From an uncultured Armatimonadetes bacterium (lineage in GTDB: Bacteria; Armatimonadota; Hebobacteria; Hebobacterales; Hebobacteraceae): DNA of 64,000 bases. A program made the translations under genes and the position numbers. Below are positions 30,559 through 41,185 of this stretch, piece by piece. The stretch is taken from assembly GCA_963716175.1 (NCBI GenBank), contig OY970296.1:736001-800000 (forward strand), in the 5' to 3' direction. The notes below the pieces were generated by a model. It had not been told where the DNA came from. It saw only the letters and a program-made list of their open reading frames with translations, and did no database searches. Numbering within the stretch: the first letter of the stretch is position 1; each line of letters starts with the position of its first letter.

Positions 30559-32308
30559 TCACCGGGGCCGGGTCCCGAGCGTAACTCCCGGCACCTCGCC
30601 CCTGGGATAGCAGCCCATCTTGATCAGCGGGCTGCCCGCTTGAACCCGCAGGTCTCTGGAGAGCAGGTCGGAAAAGCCCGGGTCAGCCACCACGCTGGCC
30701 TGCTCAAGGTCGAGTTCGTCTCGCACCTCGTCCAGGCTGGCGTATTCGCGATGTCTGCCCCAGGCCACACCCCAGTTGAACAGGCCCTGCCCGGGGCTGG
30801 GGTAGTAGATGTTCCCCTGGAACCTGAAACCCAGCCTCTTGAGCGTCAGGCCGCGAGACGCGCCCTCCTTCACGCTTCTCAGCGCCCCTCTCTTCCTGCA
30901 TGGAGGCCGGCCACTGGCGCTGGTCCTGGACATCGAACCAGCCCCAGGTCTGGGCGTCCCGGTTGTAAGCCAGCACGTTGTTGCCGATCATCTCATCGTG
31001 GTTCCAGATGGGATACTCCCTCTCGCGATCCTCTATGTGAGGAGTAGTGCGCTCCTGCTCGCGGAAGCTGAGGCCCTCCTTGTTGGCAACGATCAGGTTG
31101 CGCTCGATTACGCAGCCTGGGGAGCTAGAGAGGGAGATGCCAGCCGATGCACCCCAGGCGGCAGGCGAGTCGGCGAACCCGTTGCCGGTGATCACATTGT
31201 CGTGGGCCTGCAGGCGATAGGAGATCTCGTAGAACAGGCCCGCGTCCTCGTTATCGGCGATCAGGCAGTTCCTGACCACGCAGTCCTCATTGCCAATGTC
31301 GAACCAGACGCCGTGGCCCCGGTTCTCGATGAACAGGCTGCGCTCCAGCACCACTCCTCGGGAGAGGGCGATCTTGTTTCCCCCTGCCTCCCAGTCGCGG
31401 CTGAAGCCCTTGGTATTGTTGCTTCTCACAGTGCATCCGGTGAGGAGCAGGCGGTGGGCGCGGCTGGCGCCGAAGCCAAGCTGGCCGTTGTCCTCGAACG
31501 TGCAGCGCCGCACCACGATGTCCTGCCCGCTGAATGCGGCTCCGCTGCCATTGGCCTTCTCGAAGACGCAGTCTTCGACCAGCCCATGATTGCCGGAGAA
31601 CCGCACGGCTCCCTGCTGAGCCCGGTTGGCGGCATAGCGAAACCGGAGGCCGCGCACCTGAACATAGTCGCCCTTCGATTCCCAGATCACGTCGCACGTT
31701 GAGGCCTCGACCCGCGCCGACTCATCCATCTCCTCGTTTCCGTATCCCCAGATGTAGAGTCGGCCTGCCTCCAGATCAACCCAGAAGCTTCCGCGGGACA
31801 TCTGGTCGCGAGCCAGCACCTGGTGCAGGGCATACCCGTTCCAGAACACCTGCTCCGCCCGGCCAATCAAGAGGTGGTAATCGTCGTTGGGATGGGCGTA
31901 GCGGTCGTTCCGGGTGATGAAGCGGTAGGGCCAGACGGTGCTGAAGATGCGCCTGTCGGGGTCCGCTCGCTCCCACTCTGTGATGCGATCGGCCCCCGTC
32001 ACCACCACGTGTTCGCCGGCGGCCGCTAGGAACCCGATCGGCCGCTCGCTCGTGCCGCTCTTCTCCTCCACCACCGCTTCCCGGTAGACACCCCCGTGAA
32101 CCACCACCGTATCGCCCGGTTCAACCCGCTGCGCGGCCTCACTGATGGTGCGCAATTGCAGGCCTTCGCCAATCCCGGGCAGTCGCTGCTGAGAGACATG
32201 CCAGGTGCGGCCTTGCGCCCCCTCGCACAGCGCAACGCCCCACACGCATAGAAACACCCCGGTCAGCGCCAGGCAGGGAACGGCCGAGAGGAGGAAAGTT
32301 CGCATCAA
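30559..32308 (-). CDS. Right-handed parallel beta-helix protein (DUF1565-like N-terminus), frameshifted near 30870
   Basis: LRTISEAA..PGDTVVVHGGVYRE, WEAGGNK, GVWFDIGN, LFYEIS; C-terminus (FQGNIYY..ADPGFSD..DLRV) is in another frame. Confidence 0.8.
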
Positions 32309-32459
32309 GAGTGCTCCTGTGTCTGCCAGCCCCTGCAGGATCGGCGCGGCACGCCGCCCGCAGGTGTCAAGGACAGCGACGGTCCGACGCAGAACACATC
32401 ACAACTTCCGGGCGAGTCGGCCAAGGTCCTGCGCGGAGTCTCGAGAGGAGCGCAAGCCA

Positions 32460-32702
32460 TTGCCGGAACGAACGGTCGTCGTGGGTGCGGGCGGCATCTC
32501 CAGCGCCTGGTTCCCGCTTCTGGTTGAAGAGGGAGTTCAGGTCGCGGTTGTAGTGGATCTGAGGATCGAGGCCGCCCAACAGAAGATCAGGCGGTATCAG
32601 CCCAATGCTGAGGCCTCGACCAATCTGGCGGCCACCCTGGCGCGGGCGGGGCCGGACTTCGTAGTGGACTCGACCATCTCCGAGGCGCACTGCGCGGTCA
32701 CC
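32460..32702 (+). pseudogene. Gfo/Idh/MocA oxidoreductase N-terminal fragment
   Basis: VVVGAGGISSAW..VVDL..PDFVVDSTISEAHCAVT, then homology ends. Confidence 0.6.
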
Positions 32703-32929
32703 CGTAGCGGTTATCTCTCCGTAGAACGGCCGCAGTCTTGCTCGGGGGGCGTACGACAGCGTGCGCGGGCAGGTGCAGGAATGGAAGGCTGGACACAGGG
32801 GGGCCAGCGAGGTGTTCATCCCCCTGCGCTTCGAGCCGGCAGAAGCTTTCCAGTTTGGCTGGGGCGAGGAGACGCTGATTCTCGGGGGGGAGGACCACGC
32901 AGGTCAGCATCGCCCATTTCCGGCTCTGC

Positions 32930-33390
32930 CATAGTCGGTTGCCGATCTGCCTGGCGTATGCGCGGGAAAGCCTGGAGCCGGTGATGGATGCCCACAGGCA
33001 GGCCTTTGCGTTCCTCGGGGGCGTGTGCCGTCGCGGCCTCTACGACAGCATGAGGACGGTGGTGAGGAAGATCCTGCGGGGAAAGGAGCGGACCTTCTAC
33101 CCCAGCTTCCTGGCGTTGGCGGCGCACTACCTGTGTGAGCCGGTCGCCTGCACTCCCTCCCGCCGAGCACCTCCCAGAGCATCCCACGATCCGCCACCTT
33201 CCGCTCGCGGACCGCAGCCGCTACGACTGGCTGCTGGAAGGGGGCGGCCATGCTGCGTGAGGACATCCTCGCCCGCATGGCAGAGCTGAAGCTCAAGGGG
33301 ATGCTGGCGGCCTACGATGAGATCGTCTCCCCGGGTCTCAGGAAAGGCACCACCCCGGAGAAGATCCTCCACGAGCTGCTCCTGGCCTAG
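32930..33390 (+). mobile_element. IS21-family remnant (istA core fragment plus istB start)
   Basis: AYARESLEPVMDAHRQAFAFLGGVCRRGLYDSMRTVV..AHYLCEPVACTP; then MLREDILARMAELKLKGMLAAYDEI ending in a stop. Confidence 0.85.
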
Positions 33391-33416
33391 GCGGTAGCGG
33401 GAGTCGGGGGGTAACC
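33384..33416 (+). repeat. Dispersed hairpin repeat, partial copy (3' part)
   Basis: gcctaggcggtagcgGGAGTCggggggtaacc at the exact point where istB is cut. Confidence 0.45.
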
Positions 33417-33449
33417 TGATGCCGGCTTCACGGGCGGTTGACAGCATCA

Positions 33450-33542
33450 GGGGTCATCGCGTCTGGGCTTGGGCTTCGTAGCCCGCCGGCCGTGTGGTGG
33501 GTGATGCATAGGCGCTCTCCTCTGGACCGTTACATACGGGAG
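33450..33542 (-). repeat. Mobile-element end remnant, copy A
   Basis: ggggtcatcgcgtctggg (33450) and gctctcctctggaccgttacatacgggag (33514) match 35957 and 35996 at 17/18 and 27/29. Confidence 0.7.
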
Positions 33543-33734
33543 CCGGCTGGAGAGTGTCGGATGGAGACGGCGGTCGTGCGCACCACTCACAGGCGGCAGC
33601 GAGGCAACGTGATCGCACAGAGGTGATGGTCCGGCACGATGAGCACAAAAGGTCCCCGAACCGCTGGTGACCGCAGAGGAGTCAGCATGAACCAGCACGA
33701 GAGGCGCGGCCGCAGAAATCCCACGCGCGGCCCC

Positions 33735-35534
33735 TCAGGGGTTGATGAGCGCGAACAGCTTCGCAGCCAGGCCGGGGTCGAGCTTCTGCAGGATGCGATA
33801 CTGCTCCAGGGCAGCGTCGCGGTGACCGAGCTTGAGGTAGGCGACCCCGAGGTTGCAATGCGCGTCCGCGTAGTCGGACTTGAGGCGGACGGCCTGCTTG
33901 AGGGCCTCCACCGCTTCTTGCCAGCGGCCCAGGCTGCCATAGGCGAGCCCCAGGCCGTAGTGCGCCTCCGCGTAGTCGGGCTTGAGGCGGATGGCCTGCT
34001 TGAAGGCCTCTAGCGCCTCTTCCCGGCGGCCCAGATGGTCATAGGCGACCCCCAGGTCGTAGTACGCCTCCGCGTAGTCGGGCTTGACGCGGATGGCCTC
34101 CTTGTAGGCCTCCAGCTCCTCTTGCGAGCGGCCCAGACGGGCATAGACAAGCCCGAGGAGGTAGTACACCTCCGCGTAGTCCGGCTTGACGCGAATGGCC
34201 TGCTTGTAGGCATCCACCGCCTCTTGCCAGCGGCCCAGCTGGCCATAGGCGAACCCGAAGTTACGGTGTACCCTCGCTTCGTCGCGCTTGAGGTTGATGG
34301 CCTGCTGGTAGGCCTCCAGCTCCTCTTTCCGGAGCCCCAGGCGGGCATAGGCGATGCCGAGGTTGCAGCGCGCCTCAACGTAGTCGGGCCTGACGCGGAT
34401 GGCTTGCTTGTAGGCCTCTGCCGCCTCTTGCCAGCGCCCCAGATCGCCATAGGCGACCCCGAGGTCGTAGTACGCCTCCGCGTAATCGGGCTTGAGGCGG
34501 ATGGCCTGCTGGTAGGCCTCCAGCTCCTCTTGCCAGTGACCCAGATCGTCATAGGCGAGCCCGAGGAGCCAGTACGCCCTCGCGTCGTCGGGCTTGAGGC
34601 GAACCGCCTCCTTGATGGCGGCGACTGCCTCCTCGTAGCGGCCCAGCGTGCCGTAGCTCCAGCCCAGGCAGCAGTGAGCCTGGTAGAGGCTGGGGTCCAG
34701 CGCCAGTGCGGCCCGCAGGTGCTCCAGCGCCTCCTGATCGCGCCGCTTGAGGTGAGCGTCCATTGCCTTGAGCCATAGGTAGTAAGCGCTATCTCCAGCG
34801 GGAGAAGGAGGGCGCTCCCGCAGCCAGTCCTCCAGGTCCGCGGGCTGCGCGGCAGGGGCTAGCGGAGTTAGCCTCCCCGGCTGGGCGAGCAGCGGCTTGG
34901 CGGCGTTGATGGGGATGGCGAAGTTCAAGGCCTGCCCGTCGGTGAGCACCGCGGCCGCCACGGCCACGACGCGCCCCGAAAGGTCGAAGACAGGGCCTCC
35001 CGAGGAGCCGGAGGAGAGGAGGATGGTGACCTGCACCACGGAGCCCGAGGGCAGCTCCCGCATCGCGCTCACGAGTCCATCGGCGACGGTATTCCCCAGG
35101 CCCTCGGGAGCGGTGATGGCCACCACTCGTTGGCCTGGGGCAAGCGTGGACGAGTCACCCAGGGGGACGGTAGGGAGGTCGTTACCTGTCACCTTCAGCA
35201 GCGCCAGGCCCCGGACCGGGTCCGCGGCCAGCGTGCCCTCAACGGGCAGGAAGGCCCCGTCCTCCATCCGCAACAGGGCCGAGGCCGCGCCAGAGAGCAC
35301 ATGGTGGCAGGTGAGGGCCACCCCGTCAGGGAGGACGAGGAAGGCCGTGCCCCGGGAGAGGGTCTCACCCTTGCTGTCGAAGGTGACCAGCACCCCCACC
35401 GCCGGCCGCGCCCGCCGCGCCAGGGCCGCGAGGTCCGGGGCCGCCGTTCCAGAGTCCTCCTGACCCCCATGGCAGGCCGGCGCCATCGCGGCCGCCAGCG
35501 CCCACACCAGCACCACCCGCCCGATGCGTGCCAT
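33735..35534 (-). CDS. Trypsin-like (S1) peptidase domain plus TPR repeat protein, exported
   Basis: GTAFLV..LTCHHV..LALLKV..GSSGGPVFD, then about 9 near-identical 34-aa TPRs (AIRLKPDYAEAYYDLGVAYxxLGRWQEA). Confidence 0.9.
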   Translation of the reverse strand: MARIGRVVLVWALAAAMAPACHGGQEDSGTAAPDLAALARRARPAVGVLVTFDSKGETLSRGTAFLVLPDGVALTCHHVLSGAASALLRMEDGAFLPVEGTLAADPVRGLALLKVTGNDLPTVPLGDSSTLAPGQRVVAITAPEGLGNTVADGLVSAMRELPSGSVVQVTILLSSGSSGGPVFDLSGRVVAVAAAVLTDGQALNFAIPINAAKPLLAQPGRLTPLAPAAQPADLEDWLRERPPSPAGDSAYYLWLKAMDAHLKRRDQEALEHLRAALALDPSLYQAHCCLGWSYGTLGRYEEAVAAIKEAVRLKPDDARAYWLLGLAYDDLGHWQEELEAYQQAIRLKPDYAEAYYDLGVAYGDLGRWQEAAEAYKQAIRVRPDYVEARCNLGIAYARLGLRKEELEAYQQAINLKRDEARVHRNFGFAYGQLGRWQEAVDAYKQAIRVKPDYAEVYYLLGLVYARLGRSQEELEAYKEAIRVKPDYAEAYYDLGVAYDHLGRREEALEAFKQAIRLKPDYAEAHYGLGLAYGSLGRWQEAVEALKQAVRLKSDYADAHCNLGVAYLKLGHRDAALEQYRILQKLDPGLAAKLFALINP

Positions 35535-35649
35535 CGTCCACCCCCTCTCGCTAGAGCGTTTCCTGCCTGTCAGGCTCGGCTCGCGCGCGGGGAATCCCTT
35601 GCAGGCTCTGATCCAGCGCACGGAAGGTCGGACTCTGCCGGTTAAGTCC

Positions 35650-35847
35650 GAACCTTGGACCGACCTCGCCAACCTCCAGACACTCGTCGCCCCACTGGAA
35701 GATGTACACTCTCATCTTACCTGCGGGCAGGACTGGTGGACGGTGTGGTGCGGGCAGCACCTCCACAGCTATGGCCTCCGGAAGGATGGTGACGCCCGCC
35801 AGATCCGCAACCCGGATGAGGTTCGCAACCAGTGTCTTTACATCCAT
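35650..35847 (-). pseudogene. Truncated GIY-YIG-like protein fragment
   Basis: PHRPPVLPAGKMRVYIF..CLEVGEVGP resembles the AVYVF..LKVGKAG pattern; homology stops there. Confidence 0.4.
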
Positions 35848-35956
35848 GCGATGGCCCGATAGGATGCCGGTCATTTTGGCTTCTGGCGACATTGTAGCAA
35901 GGCTGTAACTGCCTGGCAAACGCAGACCGGCCCCACGCACATCCCGCCGCGCGGCC

Positions 35957-36024
35957 GGGGTCATCGTGTCTGGGTCCAGTAGGTGACGCACGGGTGCTCT
36001 CCTCCGGGCCGTTACATACGGGAG
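35957..36024 (-). repeat. Mobile-element end remnant, copy B
   Basis: Direct repeat of 33450-33542; encodes the start MRHLLDPDTMTPAARRDV after a GAGGAG RBS. Confidence 0.7.
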
Positions 36025-36277
36025 GGAGCCCCAGAACGTCGGCGTCCTACTCGGGGTGATGGCGCATCCCCGCGAGCGTGCGATGCTCGCGGCGCAGGGC
36101 CTACAGGAGCGAATTCCAGTCAGGCATACGCCAGACGAACGGGCTACGGAATCGAAGCCACCAGTCGCCTTGACGAAGCCCGCGTTGCTGGATATGATAC
36201 GCGAGGAGGACGCGCGACCCTACTGGACTTCAGACACAACTGGGAAAGGGGTTAGCAACCCAAAGGGGATCACCACT

Positions 36278-36466
36278 ATGAAGACCGCTCGGAAGATCGG
36301 AATGTGGGTTGCCGGTCTCATGTTCGCGTTTAGACTCTTAGCGATGATCGCTGGGGCATCGCGTGTGCCTGTGCCTGCGGCACCACTGTGTTATGTGCTC
36401 TTCCTCGCGTCCCTCCTCGTGTATCTCGTTGGCGGGAGACGGGAGACAGCCAACAAGAAGCCTTAG
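36278..36466 (+). CDS. Small two-TM membrane protein
   Basis: AAAGGGG RBS; MKTARKIGMWVAGLMFAFRLLAMIAG..LCYVLFLASLLVYLVGG. Confidence 0.5.
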   Translation: MKTARKIGMWVAGLMFAFRLLAMIAGASRVPVPAAPLCYVLFLASLLVYLVGGRRETANKKP

Positions 36467-36552
36467 ATCACAGACCAAGAGTCTGGTATGGCGCGGCCCG
36501 CGTGTGTCTTCGGCCACACACGTTTCGATACTGCAAGGGGGAGATCGCTACA

Positions 36553-37032
36553 GTGAACAATCGGACTGGTCCGATGAAGGCGAGGAGGTCTTGCCGGACT
36601 GGGGTTCTATTCCTGGTCGGCGCAGGCATCCTCTCTGGTGCGCTTGGCCTTCTCTACGTCTCGACGATTGACCAGATGACAGCGATGGACGCCGTGCGGG
36701 CGCCTACGTATAGCCAATACTACGCCAGACATCCCAATGAGTTTGCACGAAGGTATCTTGAAGACGAGAAGTTTCGCGAGCAGCAACGTGCCACTGTAGC
36801 TGCAATGCAGATGCTTGCTTCACAGACAGAACGACACTGGAACCAGAGTTCCGCGAGGAACGTACTCCTCACGATCATAAGCTGGGTGGGGACGTTTCGG
36901 ACCCCCAGCTCCATCTGGATGCCGCAGCACTTTCTCCCGGGAGTGATCGAGGTGGGGTTCTTCGTGCTGCTGGGCCTGTCTCTGATCTGGCTTAGCCGGT
37001 CAGCACGAAGCCGGAATCCCAAGCCCGAGTGA
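36553..37032 (+). CDS. Hypothetical membrane protein
   Basis: GGGGAG RBS then GTG; N- and C-terminal hydrophobic helices; lower GC than the flanks. Confidence 0.6.
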   Translation: MNNRTGPMKARRSCRTGVLFLVGAGILSGALGLLYVSTIDQMTAMDAVRAPTYSQYYARHPNEFARRYLEDEKFREQQRATVAAMQMLASQTERHWNQSSARNVLLTIISWVGTFRTPSSIWMPQHFLPGVIEVGFFVLLGLSLIWLSRSARSRNPKPE

Positions 37033-37326
37033 ACGGCTCAGCATGCCGGTCGATAGCCAGCACCTGCTAGCGCGATGTCCCGTTGCGCGTCTTCGGCGAC
37101 GCCCGCGTTGTGAGCAGTTCGAAAGAATGGTGGCACGGCGCCGAGACGGCGTAATGCCAACAGGCGATGAGGAGGCTGTGGCTGTTGTGCCCGGACGAGG
37201 TCAACCCGTGTGGCCGGTGTGCCCCGTCACTCGTCCGCTCTGCGCGGGTCAACCGGCGCTGAGCTGTTTCCTGGTGTCAGCGCCTGTCCTCGGTCCTCGC
37301 GACTGCGGCCTCGGCAGGCGCCTACT

Positions 37327-38748
37327 TCACTCTGCGGCCCCCTTGCTCCGCAGAAGACTCTCGACGGCCTGATAGTTCCCCTCGCGGGCGACGCGCAATG
37401 GGGTGACGCCCGCAGAAACGATAACGTTACCTGGGGCCTTCGTCTGCCCCTCTTGTTTCGCCCTGGGGACCAGCAGATCGCCGGTAGTTTGGGCGTGTAT
37501 GTTGGCTCCGCCTGCGATCAGCAGTTCAGCCAGGTCTGCAGCTGCTGCGGCCGCTGCCCAGTGGAGAGGTGTGATCCCGCTCTCCACTGCGGCGTTAGCG
37601 TCGGCACCGCTCGCGAGGAGCAGCTCGAGTACCCCGGGACTTCCCTTCTGCGTCGCCCAGTGTAGCGGCGGGTAACCCACGGGCGGGCCAGACGGCTTCC
37701 CACATCCGTCGTTACGGAGATTCACGTCGGCTCCCGCGGCAATCAGGCGCTCTGCCAGATCCCGATGGCCGGTGCCAGCGGCCGCCATCAGACTGGTCAT
37801 GCCACTCGTGTTCATGGCGTTTGCCATCGCTGGCCAGGACCGCAGGAGATCCTCCACTGTGGCTGCATCCCCTAGCAGAACTGCGTTGACCATGCCAGTC
37901 AACTGCTCGTCTCGTGGCATGGTCGCCATGCCTCGCGTCTCATCCGCCCTAACGGATGCCTTCACCGCGCCGCCCCAGTCCACGGTTGCGTAAGTGATCC
38001 CGCACCTCGGACAGGTGTACTTTCGCACCGTGCACGGCTTTCGGTGGACGCTGGGCGCCGCTGGGAACCGGCGCATATCGCCGGCCAAGGTCCCTGCTCG
38101 CAGTGAGGACAGCACCGCCTCAGCATGTGTCTCGGGCGTTCTGAAGATCACATCGCCCGATAGCCAGGTGTCACACGCTTCGCAATATGGCTGGCGTGCA
38201 CGCGGGGCAGCGGCACAAACGCCACCGGCAAAGGCCCCCACGATCACCTCCACTGCCAGCAAGATCCAGGCCAAGGGTCCAGGGTCCCAAACCTCATGCA
38301 TGAGGAGGGGCATGAGGACCTGCCAGGAACCGAGGTAGGACTTGAGGTCAGTGTGGCTTAGGAGTAGAAAGGAACTCACCATGAACACGATGCTAGCGCT
38401 GCCACCGACGCCACCTATTGCTAGCGCCACCGTTGCGTTTCTGCAACGGCCCTTCTTGACGCCGTCTGCTACCAACTCACTGACGATGGCACCCATGATC
38501 ACGGGGGTCAGAATCAACCACAAGAAGAAGCCGAAGATAATCGCCCCACCCGTAAGGATGAAGATGTTGCCTAGCTCCAGGACAGAGCCGAGGGCGAAAC
38601 GGGTGACATGTCCCAGCATGAAGCCAACAAGACCTGCGAGACACGCGCCGGCAAGCGCTAGTAGTGTCATCAGCCAGATCGCGTGGGGCGGACACTTCCC
38701 ACTCGGCTTGTACTCTAACCTCGGTCTTACAGGCATCTCAGCACTCAT
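37327..38748 (-). CDS. Multi-TM protein with Zn-ribbon and C-terminal ankyrin repeats
   Basis: About 4 TM helices; PYCEACDTW..YTCPRC; GMTSLMAAA, PPLHWAT, GITPLHWAA, GVTPLRVA. Confidence 0.8.
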   Translation of the reverse strand: MSAEMPVRPRLEYKPSGKCPPHAIWLMTLLALAGACLAGLVGFMLGHVTRFALGSVLELGNIFILTGGAIIFGFFLWLILTPVIMGAIVSELVADGVKKGRCRNATVALAIGGVGGSASIVFMVSSFLLLSHTDLKSYLGSWQVLMPLLMHEVWDPGPLAWILLAVEVIVGAFAGGVCAAAPRARQPYCEACDTWLSGDVIFRTPETHAEAVLSSLRAGTLAGDMRRFPAAPSVHRKPCTVRKYTCPRCGITYATVDWGGAVKASVRADETRGMATMPRDEQLTGMVNAVLLGDAATVEDLLRSWPAMANAMNTSGMTSLMAAAGTGHRDLAERLIAAGADVNLRNDGCGKPSGPPVGYPPLHWATQKGSPGVLELLLASGADANAAVESGITPLHWAAAAAAADLAELLIAGGANIHAQTTGDLLVPRAKQEGQTKAPGNVIVSAGVTPLRVAREGNYQAVESLLRSKGAAE

Positions 38749-39682
38749 GGCTTGCCCCCAATGCGTGGTGGTCGAGTGTGTACGGGGCCGCTGGAGACGG
38801 TCAGCGTTAGTGGGAGCTAATGGGGTGTCGAGCTGTCTATCGCCGTCGTTTCTCTCTCTGTATCTTTGCAGTATCCCCTCGGTCCGCGGCAGCACTCCCG
38901 ACGTGCGGTCAGGCTTCTTTGCGCTACCGCGATCTCCTGCCTAGGGCCTCACCAGGCATCGTCCCGGGTAGCGCCGGGAGGCCCCTGCAGTAGGGTTCCT
39001 GCCGCGGTTGCTTACGCGAGGAGTTTCGAAACTGTCGGAGTCCTACTCCATACGTGGTTTTCGAACCGCTCAAACGGGCATGCGAAAAAGCAAGGAAATT
39101 GCTGCATTTCTCTACATGTGGACGAGGTAGGTCGAGTCCACATGTTTCAGAGAAGGAGAGAGCGGAAGGGGGATTTCAGGGGGGATTTCGTGCCCAAACG
39201 GGTGCCGCTCGTCCACATGTTTCGGGCGCGCAGAAACGCCGAAAAGCTAGGGAATCATACCACAAGAACCGCCCCTTGCAGAGGCGGCCGTTGACCGGAG
39301 AGAGACAGTTCGAAACCGACAGCATGGTGGAGGAAAGGTTACTCAGGATCGAACTCTCTCCAGATGTGGACGAGGTATGGGGTTTCGATCCTGGGAACGT
39401 TTGCCTACGATATGCTGATCTCGAAACGCACTCCCTCGTCTCATGCCTGACGTCATCCACCGCGGCGAGCAGTGGAGGAAACTGACCTGCCATCGAAACT
39501 GCGAAAACGTGGATGGGGTCCGGCGTTTCGATGACAGGACGTTTTCCTAGAGGAAGGTGGAGCCACGAACAGACGCTCTCCCAGTGCGGACGAGGACGGG
39601 TAGTTTGCGCTGATGATGGGCGCAGAGCAGGCACGCGCGGCAGCGAGCATGACGCACAGCACACGCATCGCGTACAGCTCCG

Positions 39683-41116
39683 CTAGCGTGCCCTCTGCAG
39701 CACCAAGACCGCGTCGCTGTCGCCGGCTACGTTGTGCTCGGGCGGCGTGAGCTGCCGCGAGCCGGGGTCGGCGAAGGGGGATCCTTCAACGCTCGTGTAG
39801 GCTCCGCTCGTCGGGTCGAACCAGCGTGCCTGCACGGGGCCCTTGAGCTTGCGCAGGTCCACCGTCACCGTCCGCGCGGTCGGGACATAGCAGACGGCCA
39901 GGCTGCCGTCCGGGATCCAGGCACAGATCGCGTACCCAGCACTGCCGGCCTCGCCGAGACCGCCGGTCAGGACCTCGTGCTCCATATCCGGCACCAGGCA
40001 GAACCAGTCGATGGACCGGAACAGACGCCCGAAGTGCGCTATATGCTGGGCCCCCGGCGAATCCAGCCACCTTCGCCACACGTCGGGCTGTACGGTCCAC
40101 GCCGCCGAGCCGTAGAGATGCCCGCACGCGCCCGAAAGCAGCGCCCAGTAGGCCTGGCGCCGCACCCGCAGCGGGGTTCCCGGGCGCTTGTCGTTGGCCT
40201 CTCCCTCGTACCCGCTCTCGCCCAAGAAGCACGGCTTCGTCGGCTCCTTGCGGTAGTCGTCGAGCACGAAGCCGTAGGGTTCGGTGTAGCCGTAGGACAT
40301 GTTGATGTCCAGCCAGGAGGCGTTGTGGAAGAAGATGCTCCCGTTCTTCGCCCCCGCGTGGTAGGTCTTGAGGTGCGCCAGCGCTGTCTCTTCGAGCCCC
40401 CGCGCCATCGCCTCCACGTGCTCAGTGACATCGCCCGGGTCCCGGTCCCCTCCGAGCACCCAGAACACGTTCGGGAAGCTCTTGTAGCGGTTCCCGAGGT
40501 AGCGGCCGTACAGGTGACACTTCTCGACCCCGTTCGACAGGTACTGCTCGTGCCACATCCCCTGCTTGGCACCGGACGCGGCCGGGTGTTCGCCGGCAGA
40601 CCCCAGGTCGGCGGCAACGAGCATGACCAGCATTCCCCGCTCGCCGGCCGTGCGGACGACCCAGTCGAGATGCGCGAAGTAGGCCTCGTCCGGAGTCGCG
40701 AAGTCGCCTGGCGTGCGGAACGGCCCGTGCCCATATCGGTTCTTCTCAGTGAGATAGGGCGACCACTCGCTGTACGGCAGCACGTCGACGAGGATCGCGT
40801 TGAACCCCTTCGCGCGGCGGTCGTCCAGAAGCTCCGCTGCTTCCTCTCGCGTGAGCTGCCACGCGAGTTCCCACGGGCTGTCCCCATTGATGAGGAACGG
40901 CCGACCCTTTGCGTCCACCAGGTACCGCTTGTTGTCGCTGACCCGGAGCGGAAAGGCCGGACGTGTCTCCCTCGCCGATACGGTTGCCTGTGACATGCGC
41001 GGGGCTCTCCTTTCATCCGCGGGCCGGGTGCTCGCGTGGCTGGCACTTGTGAGGCACACGGTCGCTACCAGCAACGGCAGCAGGTGTCGTGTCGCCAGAA
41101 TTGGTCTTGCGTTCAC
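39683..41116 (-). CDS. DUF4038 (apiosidase/GH140-like) glycoside hydrolase with collagen-binding-like domain
   Basis: GRPFLINGDSPW, RRAKGFNA, WVLGGD, LGESGYE, RRQAYWALLSG, WFDPTSG. Confidence 0.88.
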   Translation of the reverse strand: MNARPILATRHLLPLLVATVCLTSASHASTRPADERRAPRMSQATVSARETRPAFPLRVSDNKRYLVDAKGRPFLINGDSPWELAWQLTREEAAELLDDRRAKGFNAILVDVLPYSEWSPYLTEKNRYGHGPFRTPGDFATPDEAYFAHLDWVVRTAGERGMLVMLVAADLGSAGEHPAASGAKQGMWHEQYLSNGVEKCHLYGRYLGNRYKSFPNVFWVLGGDRDPGDVTEHVEAMARGLEETALAHLKTYHAGAKNGSIFFHNASWLDINMSYGYTEPYGFVLDDYRKEPTKPCFLGESGYEGEANDKRPGTPLRVRRQAYWALLSGACGHLYGSAAWTVQPDVWRRWLDSPGAQHIAHFGRLFRSIDWFCLVPDMEHEVLTGGLGEAGSAGYAICAWIPDGSLAVCYVPTARTVTVDLRKLKGPVQARWFDPTSGAYTSVEGSPFADPGSRQLTPPEHNVAGDSDAVLVLQRAR

Positions 41117-41185
41117 TGCAGTCCCCCTGGAGGCAGGTAGCCTGTGGATTCCCTCCGGCCGAGACGGAGAGCGTCGCCTCACCCA

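Noticed and set aside
33790-34690. DNA tandem repeat array as a non-coding element
   Set aside because: The 102-bp periodicity is fully explained by TPR coding repeats.
39325-39356. tRNA 3'-end-like sequence on the minus strand (gttcgatcc..ctccacca)
   Set aside because: The spacing between the T-loop and CCA is too long and no stem forms, so it is too weak to call an att site.
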